Virus record (IMG/VR): IMGVR_UViG_3300021963_000054
Location: 32,001 to 96,000 of that record
Strand: one strand, 5' to 3'
Source of the DNA: a virus
DNA: 64,000 nucleotides
Positions 10,629 to 19,901 of the stretch are shown here, one piece after another. The stretch's first letter is position 1, and every line of letters starts with the position of its first letter. The notes beneath the pieces are model-generated. The model searched no databases. It was not told the DNA's origin and saw only the letters and a program-made list of their open reading frames with translations. The translations under genes and the position numbers were made by a program.

Positions 10629-13600
10629 TGTCAATTAATAACATTACACGAACAAATACGATTGATGAATGGCGCATCCAGACAAATCAATCTGCGACCG
10701 AACTTAATAAAATAGAGACTGGAAATTATGATAAATTTTCTGGCTCTCTTAATATTGCATGTACCGCAGTTTTATCCATTACCGCTCAAGGAACTCCGCT
10801 TCAAGTTTCAAATAATGCACTAATTGGCACTCAACTTACCGTCGGTAAAGATATTATTTTAGGTTCAGAAATATCTCAAACCGGTAATTTGTCAGTTGGC
10901 AATACAGTTTATATTTACGGTGGTGCAACGGCACTTTATGTTGCAAACAATGTAATATCTAATGGCAGTCTTCTTGTTAGAAACACAATCACAACAAACA
11001 ATGTAACCGTAAATTCAAACGTAGTTGTTGTGGGTACAGCAAACGCAGGATATTTAGGTGTAGCAAATAGTGGTTATGTTGGCACAACTTTAACTGTTAT
11101 TGGAAATACAGCAGTTGGTAATTTGACAACCGCAAACTCAGTTGTTGCAGACAATGGTCGCTTTAGTAATAACGTAACTGTAGAACATATCATAGCGGCT
11201 AATTCTGTTGTATCTTATGGCGCTAGAATAACCAATAACACAATTACAGGCAATTTAAATTCAACATCTGTTGTAGCTGATAATGCAAGAATCACAGCAA
11301 ATGCTACAGCAACAGAAATAACTGTCACAACTCTAAATGCAACAAATGCTAGAGTGTCGGGAAATGCAAACGTTGCACACCTAACATCTTCTGGTTCTGT
11401 TGTTGCTGATAATGCAAGAATCACAGCAAATGCTACAGTTGCACACCTAACATCTTCTGGTTCTGTTGTTGCTGATAATGCAAGAATCACAGCAAATGCT
11501 ACGGCAACTGAAGTAACTGTGACAACTTTAAATGCAACTAATGCTAGAATTTCAGCAAACGCAAACGTTGCACATCTAACATCTTCCAGCTCTGTTGTTG
11601 CAGACAATCTAAGAATAACAAGTCCAACTGCTTCTGCTAACATCAGCGGTAACGTTATTGCCGGAAACGTAAATACACAAGGTATGGTGTATGCTGGTTC
11701 TTTAGTATCAGGTAAGACAGATGTTGGCGCATTAACTGTAACATCTTTAAGTACAGGTGGAGAGGCAACGGTTGGCGATTTAAATGTAACTGGCGATTTT
11801 GTATTGTCTGGTAGCATTGTTTATGATGCAGATATATTAACAATTAGCACTGCATCACCAATAACAACTACCGGAGAAGCATACTTTGGTGTATTCAGAG
11901 GAAATGATAAAGGCGGTGTATCTGGTGGATCTGGTGGCGCATCAGCAAATGCCAACGCATATATTCGCTGGAGTTCATCGGCTAACAACTGGCAAATTCG
12001 TGATGTATTCAATTCAGATTCCACAACAACATATTCCAAAATACTTACCGCAAATCTAATTACAACAAGTACTGCATCGGTAAGTAACAATGATTTTGCG
12101 TCTTCATGGTTAATGAAAAACTATGTTGATAATGCAAATACAAATCTAAAAAGTTACGTAGACACAAGTGCTATTCAAACAGCGGCTGCAAATGCTGGAT
12201 TACTTGGTATCAATTTAAGCGCAAACATTGGTGCCGCTAGAATTGCTGATACCGCAAATTCTGGTTTGGGCGATATCATTGTAATGGGTCGTGCTAATGG
12301 CGCATTTGGTGTTGCTAATCTCGCATCAAATACATTCAACGGAACATCAGGTTCTGCGGCACCAAGTAACGGCATAATTTCGTTTACAAGCACGAATGGT
12401 GTCACATTAGTCGGTGCGTCTAATACCATTACTGTTAATACGCCACAAGATGTAAGAACAACGGCAAGTCCAACATTTAGCGGATTGACACTAACCAATG
12501 CTCTTCCTACATCACAAGGTGGTACAGGAGCAACTTCACCTGGCGGTGCGCTAACGAATTTATTACCAGCTGGCGGAACATCAGGATATGTTTTAGCGAC
12601 TAGCGGATCAGGAACTTATTACTGGGCCGCTGGTGGTACTGGAGGTGGTGGTAGTGCAACTCCCGGTACAACAATTGTTTCAACGAGAACAACACCAACT
12701 GTTAATGCATCACAAAGAATATTCGCAACACCTATCTATCAAACTGGTACAGGTCAGTTAAGAGTTTTTATCAATGGTGTTAGACAGTTTGCATCCGAAT
12801 ATACTGAAGGCGCAAATAACTTAACAGGTGTGGCATCAGTATCATCAAATGGTTATTTTTCAACAACATCAGCAACTTCAACTCTTGTTGCTAACGCGGC
12901 TCTTGCGATTACTGGAACATTAACCGGAACAGGAACAATTACATCGTATGTTTCCGGAAAAACATATTATATAAGCAACATAAATGGCAATTTCTTCTCA
13001 CTATCCGAAACTGTAGGTGGTGCGGCTATTACAACAACAGCAGGCACAACAACTGGTCTTTCATTCACGACTGGACATAATGTAACATTAACAACTGGAA
13101 CAAGTGCTGGTGATGCAATTTTACTTGAAGTTGATGCATACACGGTGAATCCTTATTACGCAAATAACATAGCATATGGACCTGTAACTGGCGAAATTGC
13201 CGCATCAGCAAATACCATTCAGTTGGCTATTGACAGTTTGGAATCAAGAAAGATTACAACAACAGCGGCACAAGCAAACGTTGGTGCTGGTCTAATTACA
13301 GTTACAAACGCATATCAAGCCAACGTTGGTGCGGCTAGAATTTCTGATGTAGCAACACTTCAAGCAAATACTGGTGCATTAAGTATTGGTTTAACTAATG
13401 AAATTTCTGGTAGACAAGCAAACGTAGGTGCGGCTGTAATCTCAGTCACAAATGGTTATCAAGCAAATACAGGTGCAGTAAACATTGGTTTAAGTAACGA
13501 GATAACGAATAGACAAGCAAATACTGGTGCAGTAAACATTGGTTTAAGTAACGAGATAACGAATAGACAAGCAAACGTAGGTGCGGCTGCAATTACTGTC

Positions 13601-14230
13601 ACAAATGGTTATCAAGCAAATACTGGTGCAGCCTTAATTACTGCATTAAATGCAAGTAACATTTCTTCGGGTACATTACCATCGGGTAGAATTTCTGGTT
13701 CTTATACTGGTATAACTGGCGTTGGTACACTCACAGCAGGGACTTGGAATGCCACTAGCATTAGTACAACATACACAGATGCTAAAGTAACTTCTGTTGC
13801 TAGTAAGACTGGAGCGGTTTCATTGGCGCAAGCGGACATTTCGGGATTAACAACCGCCAGCAGTCCAACATTTGCTGGACTAACTATAAATGGCTCAATT
13901 ACTGCTACTGGTGATATCACAGCTGGTTACTCGGATGATAAACTAAAAACAAGATTGGGTAATATTGAGAATGCTCTTGATAAAGTCTCGGCTATTTCAG
14001 GATTCTTCTATGAGCCAAATAAAACAGCACAAGATTTAGGTTTTGAAGTTAAGAGAGAAGTTGGTGTATCTGCACAAGAAGTTCAAGCAATTATGCCAGA
14101 AGTTGTTGTTCCTGCTCCAATAGATAATCAATACTTAACTGTTTACTATGAAAAACTTATTCCTCTGTTGATTGAAGCTATTAAAGAATTGAGAGCAGAA
14201 GTTGAAGAAATAAAAGGACAAATTAAATGA
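10628..14230 (+). CDS. Tail fibre with C-terminal peptidase S74 intramolecular chaperone (1200 aa)
   Basis: T/A/N/S/G-rich with internal repeats. C-terminal SDDKLK..IENALDKV..ISG..Y..VGVSAQEV..YEKLIPLLIEAIKEL matches the S74 auto-cleaving chaperone. Confidence 0.85.
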   Translation: MSINNITRTNTIDEWRIQTNQSATELNKIETGNYDKFSGSLNIACTAVLSITAQGTPLQVSNNALIGTQLTVGKDIILGSEISQTGNLSVGNTVYIYGGATALYVANNVISNGSLLVRNTITTNNVTVNSNVVVVGTANAGYLGVANSGYVGTTLTVIGNTAVGNLTTANSVVADNGRFSNNVTVEHIIAANSVVSYGARITNNTITGNLNSTSVVADNARITANATATEITVTTLNATNARVSGNANVAHLTSSGSVVADNARITANATVAHLTSSGSVVADNARITANATATEVTVTTLNATNARISANANVAHLTSSSSVVADNLRITSPTASANISGNVIAGNVNTQGMVYAGSLVSGKTDVGALTVTSLSTGGEATVGDLNVTGDFVLSGSIVYDADILTISTASPITTTGEAYFGVFRGNDKGGVSGGSGGASANANAYIRWSSSANNWQIRDVFNSDSTTTYSKILTANLITTSTASVSNNDFASSWLMKNYVDNANTNLKSYVDTSAIQTAAANAGLLGINLSANIGAARIADTANSGLGDIIVMGRANGAFGVANLASNTFNGTSGSAAPSNGIISFTSTNGVTLVGASNTITVNTPQDVRTTASPTFSGLTLTNALPTSQGGTGATSPGGALTNLLPAGGTSGYVLATSGSGTYYWAAGGTGGGGSATPGTTIVSTRTTPTVNASQRIFATPIYQTGTGQLRVFINGVRQFASEYTEGANNLTGVASVSSNGYFSTTSATSTLVANAALAITGTLTGTGTITSYVSGKTYYISNINGNFFSLSETVGGAAITTTAGTTTGLSFTTGHNVTLTTGTSAGDAILLEVDAYTVNPYYANNIAYGPVTGEIAASANTIQLAIDSLESRKITTTAAQANVGAGLITVTNAYQANVGAARISDVATLQANTGALSIGLTNEISGRQANVGAAVISVTNGYQANTGAVNIGLSNEITNRQANTGAVNIGLSNEITNRQANVGAAAITVTNGYQANTGAALITALNASNISSGTLPSGRISGSYTGITGVGTLTAGTWNATSISTTYTDAKVTSVASKTGAVSLAQADISGLTTASSPTFAGLTINGSITATGDITAGYSDDKLKTRLGNIENALDKVSAISGFFYEPNKTAQDLGFEVKREVGVSAQEVQAIMPEVVVPAPIDNQYLTVYYEKLIPLLIEAIKELRAEVEEIKGQIK
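11260..11610 (+). repeat. Tandem coding repeats (ADNARITANAT / VAHLTSSGSVV)
   Basis: A 66-nt unit at 11372 is repeated almost exactly at 11438, with diverged copies on either side. Confidence 0.9.
13270..13635 (+). repeat. QAN(V/T)GA coding repeats, including a 54-nt tandem duplication (13460-13513 / 13514-13567)
   Basis: Eight QANxGA units. QANTGAVNIGLSNEITNR occurs twice with a 1-nt difference. Confidence 0.9.
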
Positions 14231-15408
14231 CAACAAAAGTCACAGGTTCAGTTTTAGCGGATACCGCAGTTAGTGCGGGAACTTATGGCGGTACACAAAC
14301 CCTTAAAGCATTTACTGTTGATGCACAAGGCAGAGTTACATATGCCGCAAACATAACTTCCGGTGTTATTACTGCTGGAACAAGAGGACAAGGCGCAGAT
14401 ATTATTGTTCCAACAATTCAGTATAATGCATTGGGTCAAATTGTTGCGGCTACAAATACTACAATTCGCACAGCAACAACTTCTGTTACTGGTGTTGTTC
14501 AATTAGCTGATTCTGTTTCTAATACAAGTACTACAGCGGCCGCAACAGCAAGTGCAGTAAAAGCCGCTTTTGATGCGGCGGCTTCAAATGCGTCAACTGC
14601 GCTATCTTCCGCACAAGCAAATACGGGTGCTGTAAATATTGCACTAAGTAATGAAAGTTCAAGTAGACAAGCAAACGTAGGTGCAGTTGCCATTTCAGCC
14701 AAAAATGCTGATAATCTATCATCTGGTACAGTTGCATCTGGTAGAATTTCTGGATCATACACTGGCATAACTGGAGTTGGAACTTTAACTGTAGGATCAA
14801 TACCATACGCAACAAGTGCTGGTAGCGCAAGTTCAGCAACAAATGCAACATATGCAACAAGTGCTGGTAGTGCAACAAATGCATCTGCGGCTACAAATGC
14901 AACATATGCAACAACAGCGGGCAGTGCAACTTATGCTTCAAGTTCTGGTGGAACAAGTAGCGTTGCTTGGACTAATGTAAGTTCAAGACCATTTCAATTA
15001 GTTAGTAGTGGTAGTTTTGCTATTACGGGCACAGATACATTTTATACATTAGCATCACGCCAATCATTCTTTCAAGACCAAGCTGGTATATTCATGTTAT
15101 CTGTTTCTTGGGATTATAATTTTTCATATTTCAGAGGCGCATATATCATAGGGGCAACATATGGTTTAAATCAATTGGGATCAGTTTGGTATTTTCCACA
15201 ACCCAACACCGGCTATCATTTAGGTTTTCCTGGCTCATATGGCGAATACGCAAGATTATATTACTATAATGCCGGCGTAGGTTCAACACAAGAATTTAGA
15301 ATATATTTACAACAAACTACAGCTTACTATTATGGATCAATTCCTGGCGGTAGCGGAAATTGGTATCTACATAGAATTACTGATGGTTATGGCGGATATA
15401 TTGGTTAA
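14227..15408 (+). CDS. Tail fibre / receptor-binding protein (393 aa)
   Basis: AGTYG..TVDAQGRVT, A.TSV.GVVQL.DS fibre motifs, YATSAGSA repeats and a Tyr-rich C-terminal head. Confidence 0.7.
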   Translation: MTTKVTGSVLADTAVSAGTYGGTQTLKAFTVDAQGRVTYAANITSGVITAGTRGQGADIIVPTIQYNALGQIVAATNTTIRTATTSVTGVVQLADSVSNTSTTAAATASAVKAAFDAAASNASTALSSAQANTGAVNIALSNESSSRQANVGAVAISAKNADNLSSGTVASGRISGSYTGITGVGTLTVGSIPYATSAGSASSATNATYATSAGSATNASAATNATYATTAGSATYASSSGGTSSVAWTNVSSRPFQLVSSGSFAITGTDTFYTLASRQSFFQDQAGIFMLSVSWDYNFSYFRGAYIIGATYGLNQLGSVWYFPQPNTGYHLGFPGSYGEYARLYYYNAGVGSTQEFRIYLQQTTAYYYGSIPGGSGNWYLHRITDGYGGYIG

Positions 15409-15417
15409 GGATAAAAA

Positions 15418-15864
15418 ATGGAAATAATTTACGAACTAGATTCCGGATGCATTGTTAACAATGAATCTGAACAATATTTGACAAACGCTGGAGCAAGAGG
15501 TGCACTAGGAACAATAACAATATTACAAAATATTCCAACGGAAGAACTTGTTTTATATACAGTAAACACTACTACAAAGAAGATAGTTAAAGTTGTTAAC
15601 TCACTACAAGAGAAAGAACATTTAACTTATTTGGATGGAGCAAGAGCCGTTCGTAGTATGATGTTATCACAAACAGATATTTTGATGGGGCAATCGGATA
15701 GACTATCTCTAACGGAAAAAGAAGCATTGGAACAATTCAGACAGGATCTTAGAGATTTCAATAAAGATTTGGAATTAAACGAGAATCATCATTCGGGCGC
15801 AAAAATACAATTAGTTTTGCCTGAAGTACCTGAAGTTCTTAAAAAATATAAGTTATTCTATTAA
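15418..15864 (+). CDS. Tail fibre assembly chaperone-like protein (148 aa)
   Basis: ARAVRSMMLSQTD...FRQDLRD...LPEVP pattern of tail assembly chaperones. Follows a fibre gene. Confidence 0.65.
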   Translation: MEIIYELDSGCIVNNESEQYLTNAGARGALGTITILQNIPTEELVLYTVNTTTKKIVKVVNSLQEKEHLTYLDGARAVRSMMLSQTDILMGQSDRLSLTEKEALEQFRQDLRDFNKDLELNENHHSGAKIQLVLPEVPEVLKKYKLFY

Positions 15865-15873
15865 AGATAAAAC

Positions 15874-16206
15874 ATGGCTGCATTTTCAGAAATCGTTATA
15901 GAGCAAGGCGCAACATTCAACACTACAATTAATGTTGAAGATACAGCTGGAGCCGCAATTAATCTTTATGGTTATACTGCAAACTCCATGATGCGTAAAT
16001 CATACTATTCCTCAAGCGCAACAACAATTACATCTACAGTAACTGGCACAGCAAATGGTGAAGTAACCCTTTCCGTAACTGCGGCTAATACTGCGGCATT
16101 AACTCCCGGAAGATATGTGTATGATGTTATCATTACATCTCCAACTTCCGTTGTCACACGGGTTGTTGAAGGAATTGTTACTGTTCTACCTTCAGTTACG
16201 AGGTAA
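15874..16206 (+). CDS. Conserved virion-associated protein (110 aa)
   Basis: IEQGATF..L.GYTA.S.MRKSY..GRYVYDV..RVVEGIVTV.P.VT pattern common in T4-like structural regions. Confidence 0.7.
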   Translation: MAAFSEIVIEQGATFNTTINVEDTAGAAINLYGYTANSMMRKSYYSSSATTITSTVTGTANGEVTLSVTAANTAALTPGRYVYDVIITSPTSVVTRVVEGIVTVLPSVTR

Positions 16207-16208
16207 TT

Positions 16209-16463
16209 ATGGTCACAGCTAGAATCAATACTCCAGGAGTGATTGGTAAAGTTGCTGTTCGCCCAAATCAAAGAACAACAATTGCAGATCCAAAGTTTAT
16301 TCCTAAACCAAATGTTGGTTTAGTTGAATTGTATGATACCACAGTTGATGCTCCGGAAGAGGGCGATGTTATCGCATATGTGGCTAGCACAGGAAAGTTT
16401 GAGAATCAGCCACTCGGTAACGTAAGTGTTCAAGTTCCAAGGATAAATGGCGGAGCTTTTTGA
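16209..16463 (+). CDS. Small virion-associated protein ending in NGGAF (84 aa)
   Basis: RBS GAGGT before the ATG. L.D...GD.I.Y...GKF fibre-type motif. Confidence 0.65.
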   Translation: MVTARINTPGVIGKVAVRPNQRTTIADPKFIPKPNVGLVELYDTTVDAPEEGDVIAYVASTGKFENQPLGNVSVQVPRINGGAF

Positions 16464-16474
16464 CTTACCAAATT

Positions 16475-16482
16475 CATAAATA
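16475..16482 (+). promoter_or_regulatory. T4-type late promoter variant (CATAAATA)
   Basis: Intergenic, one mismatch to TATAAATA. gp55 is encoded in the window. Confidence 0.55.
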
Positions 16483-16517
16483 GAAGAATAAGAAGATTCC
16501 ACAATTAAGGAACGATA

Positions 16518-18167
16518 ATGGCAAATACAGTAATCCAGTTAAAATATTCCAGCATAACCAACAAACCGCCTACACTTAATGTAGCGGAACCAGCATACTC
16601 TAGTGTATCCGAAACTCTTTGGATTGACAATGGAACTGGTGTCGTAGCGATTGGCGGTAAAGCATATACTGACAAAATTGATGCGGCTGCCTCAGCGGCG
16701 ACAGCTAACGTTCTTGTTAAGAGAGATACTACAGGTAACGCATCTTTCAATTACATCACTGCTAACATTGTTGGTAGCATTTATGGTAATGCAACAAGTG
16801 CAGACAAATGGTATACTCCTAGAGATATTGGTGTTTCCGGTGATGCAACAGGTATCGTTTCTGTTGACGGTACAGCAAACGCTAATATTCCATTAGTTCT
16901 TTCCAACTCTGGTGTGGCTGCTGGAAATTATGGTGGTGCAACAAATGCCGCAGTAATTTCTGTAGACACAAAAGGTCGTGTAACATACGCGGCTAACGTT
17001 CCGATTTCTTCTACACTAAACTTCTCGGGCGATATTGGTGCGGCTCCAGGAACATTATCTCTAATCTCCGATACCCTAACAATCAAGGGCAGTCTAAACG
17101 GCGGTATCAGTACCAATGCTGTTGATGCAAACAATACAGTACTTGTTAATGTTGATAATACTGTTCTTAGAAATTCTGGAAATCAATTTATCTCCGGCGA
17201 CTTGTCATTAACAGGAAGTTTGTTTGTTGCTGGTAATACCACAACAGTGGATACTACAACAATATCAACAGCAGACTCTTTAATTAGACTAGGCGCAAAT
17301 AACACAGTAAGCGATGTTCTAGATATTGGTTTCTATGGCAAAGCAAATACAGGCACAGAAGTAACTCATCACGGTCTTGTTCGTAGAGCAGGAACTGGTA
17401 ATGACTTCTTCTTGTTCAAAAATTTAAATACTGATCCAACAGCAAACGTTCTTGCTACAGGTTCAGTAACGGCTGCTAATACCGCAACATTAAGGGCTAA
17501 CCTAACTGGCGGTATGATTTCCGCTCTTGCTAATACTATTGGTGTTGTTGACGGTGGTACTGGCGCAGGCACATTTGCGACTGGTAGCATTCTAGTTGGT
17601 GATGGAACAAACTCATTAAAAGTACTAGCTAATACCGGTACAGCAGGAGCATATGGTTCTGCATCTAATACATTAATTGTTACCACAGATGCGTATGGTC
17701 GTGTGTCAGCTATTACAAATAGTGCAATTCAAATTGATGCTTCAAACATCGTATCTGGTAATTTAGCAATTAATAGAGGCGGCACAAACAACGATTCTTA
17801 CACAACTGGTGCCGCAGTATTCTATGATGGTACTGCAATTAAGACATTAGCAAATACTGGCACAGCAGGAACTTATGGTTCAGCATCTTATGTTCCTGTG
17901 GTTACAACTGATGCTTTAGGTCGTGTTTCGGGTGTAAGCAATACTGCAATCAATATTGATACAAGCGCAGTCGTTTCCGGCACACTAGGTATCGCAAGAG
18001 GCGGTTCAGGAGCATCTTCATTCTCAGTTAAAGGTGTTATCGTTTCTGATGCGGCATCAACAACTGGTGCATTGTCTGCATTGACTTCACCAACCGAAGG
18101 TCATCTATTACAAATTAATTCATCTGGAGCACCAACTTTTGCACACCTAAATGGTGGAACATTCTAA
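16518..18167 (+). CDS. Tail fibre-like protein (549 aa)
   Basis: MANTVIQLK N-terminus, G.YG..TD..GRV repeats, L.I.RGG motifs. Ends in NGGTF. Confidence 0.7.
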   Translation: MANTVIQLKYSSITNKPPTLNVAEPAYSSVSETLWIDNGTGVVAIGGKAYTDKIDAAASAATANVLVKRDTTGNASFNYITANIVGSIYGNATSADKWYTPRDIGVSGDATGIVSVDGTANANIPLVLSNSGVAAGNYGGATNAAVISVDTKGRVTYAANVPISSTLNFSGDIGAAPGTLSLISDTLTIKGSLNGGISTNAVDANNTVLVNVDNTVLRNSGNQFISGDLSLTGSLFVAGNTTTVDTTTISTADSLIRLGANNTVSDVLDIGFYGKANTGTEVTHHGLVRRAGTGNDFFLFKNLNTDPTANVLATGSVTAANTATLRANLTGGMISALANTIGVVDGGTGAGTFATGSILVGDGTNSLKVLANTGTAGAYGSASNTLIVTTDAYGRVSAITNSAIQIDASNIVSGNLAINRGGTNNDSYTTGAAVFYDGTAIKTLANTGTAGTYGSASYVPVVTTDALGRVSGVSNTAINIDTSAVVSGTLGIARGGSGASSFSVKGVIVSDAASTTGALSALTSPTEGHLLQINSSGAPTFAHLNGGTF

Positions 18168-18189
18168 ATTATAATGAAAGGATTTTATT

Positions 18190-18750
18190 ATGGATGTGAG
18201 ATTACAAAATGCTTATGTAGAGGTTTTGCTTGGCAATTTTATGGAAGTTGTCAAGCAGAATTTAATGTTTCAAGCACAAATTGAAGTAAATAAGAATAGT
18301 TTACAAGAAGCAGAAGATTCAGTAAGAAGATTAAAAGAAGTTTCTGAAGCGAATATAACATATCAATCTCAACTTGTTGAAAAAGATAAAATTATAAATG
18401 AGTTAACGAGCGAAAGAAATAACCTAAAAAGTTCTTCAGGAAATAATGATTCTTTGAAACAAGAAAAAGATAGATTGCAAAGTGCAGTCAATGACTACAT
18501 GAGACAATTAAAATCTGCACAACAAGAAGTATTGACGGTTAAGAGTGAATCTCAAAATGTTTTATTACAAAACAATAATCGGATTGAAGAACTCACTAAA
18601 TATGTTGCAAGATTGGAAACTGTAGTTCCGGCAAACAAACTTAAAAAAGTTAAACTTGGTGAAGTTATTCAACCTGATACTTCAGAGATTACAGTTGAAG
18701 AACCTGTTCTTCCAATTGATGATGTTGTGAAATCTGGCGGAACATTCTAA
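18190..18750 (+). CDS. Coiled-coil protein ending in SGGTF (186 aa)
   Basis: Long heptad-rich, E/K/Q/N-rich helix. RBS AAGGA. Confidence 0.7.
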   Translation: MDVRLQNAYVEVLLGNFMEVVKQNLMFQAQIEVNKNSLQEAEDSVRRLKEVSEANITYQSQLVEKDKIINELTSERNNLKSSSGNNDSLKQEKDRLQSAVNDYMRQLKSAQQEVLTVKSESQNVLLQNNNRIEELTKYVARLETVVPANKLKKVKLGEVIQPDTSEITVEEPVLPIDDVVKSGGTF

Positions 18751-18760
18751 GATTCGGTAA

Positions 18761-19870
18761 ATGGCAAATACAGTAATTCAATTAAAAAATTCGGGAGCAT
18801 CAGGTAATACACCAAGCACATTAGCGCCGGGTGAATTGGCTATTAACTATGCCGATGGTAAACTGTATTATGGTAATCAAGTAAATACTCCAATTCTATT
18901 TGATGTTATAACTGAGCCTACCGGACTAAATCAAGAAATTCAATTTAATGATTCTGGTGCATTTGGCGCATCAGCAAATCTAAAATTTGATAAAACAACA
19001 AAAACTTTAACTACCGATAAAATTGTTTCGGCGAATATTGAAGTTTCATCAAACTTAGTTGCTGATAATGTAATTGCACATACAGCATTGTATGTTGGCA
19101 TTGCAGATATTTCCCACACTCCTCTAGCGAACTCATTAGGGTACTTCACAGGAAATTCTTCTCCGTATGTTCAAGTAAACATTGAGAATATTGATCCAGA
19201 TGGTTCGGCTGATTGGGTTGCTACTGCTGACGTTGGTAGCGATTCAACATTCTACACAGACGTAGGTATTCAAAACTCAGGCAATTCAGATGGAACAATT
19301 AAACCACTAGATGGTTATTTGTTAGTACAAGGTAACACAGGTCAAATTGGTGGCAATCTTATAATTGGTACCATCTCTGGAACACCAGGGCAAGAAATTC
19401 GTGTTGTCGTTGATGGCAATGAAGATGCGAATGTAGTCTTAAAAATTAATTCTTCTGGTTTGCAGATGGTCAGAGGTGATATCACAAGTAATGTCACCAC
19501 AAGAATTAGTAACGTTTCAAACTCAGCATTTGCACAAGCAAACTTAGCATACAACGCAGCCAATTCCGCAGTAACGACAGGACAAGCCAACGTAGGCGCA
19601 GGATTAATTGTTGTTACTGGAAGAACAAATTTAGCATACGATAAAGCAAATGCCGCATATGATTATGCTAATACACTTATAACAGGTGGTGCTTCTGGTG
19701 ATTATTTTCCAACAAGTTCATATGGTTTCGTGTCTCAAAGTATAATTGCTCTTGTTTCGGATGACACATTCATACAGGGAGAATTAACTGGACCAGTTTA
19801 TGATTGTTCAGATAATCCAATAACTCCCGAAGGCTTTTACTTGGAAAAAGACCTTGGCTATTTAACGTAA
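18761..19870 (+). CDS. Fibre/virion structural protein (369 aa)
   Basis: MANTVIQLKNSG..P..L..GELAINY.DGKLYY N-terminus, IQFNDSG motif and AFAQANLAY heptads. Confidence 0.7.
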   Translation: MANTVIQLKNSGASGNTPSTLAPGELAINYADGKLYYGNQVNTPILFDVITEPTGLNQEIQFNDSGAFGASANLKFDKTTKTLTTDKIVSANIEVSSNLVADNVIAHTALYVGIADISHTPLANSLGYFTGNSSPYVQVNIENIDPDGSADWVATADVGSDSTFYTDVGIQNSGNSDGTIKPLDGYLLVQGNTGQIGGNLIIGTISGTPGQEIRVVVDGNEDANVVLKINSSGLQMVRGDITSNVTTRISNVSNSAFAQANLAYNAANSAVTTGQANVGAGLIVVTGRTNLAYDKANAAYDYANTLITGGASGDYFPTSSYGFVSQSIIALVSDDTFIQGELTGPVYDCSDNPITPEGFYLEKDLGYLT

Positions 19871-19878
19871 CATAAATA
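19871..19878 (+). promoter_or_regulatory. T4-type late promoter variant (CATAAATA)
   Basis: Immediately after a stop codon, 23 nt before the next start. Confidence 0.55.
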
Positions 19879-19901
19879 GATTGATAATTTAAGGATATTA
19901 A

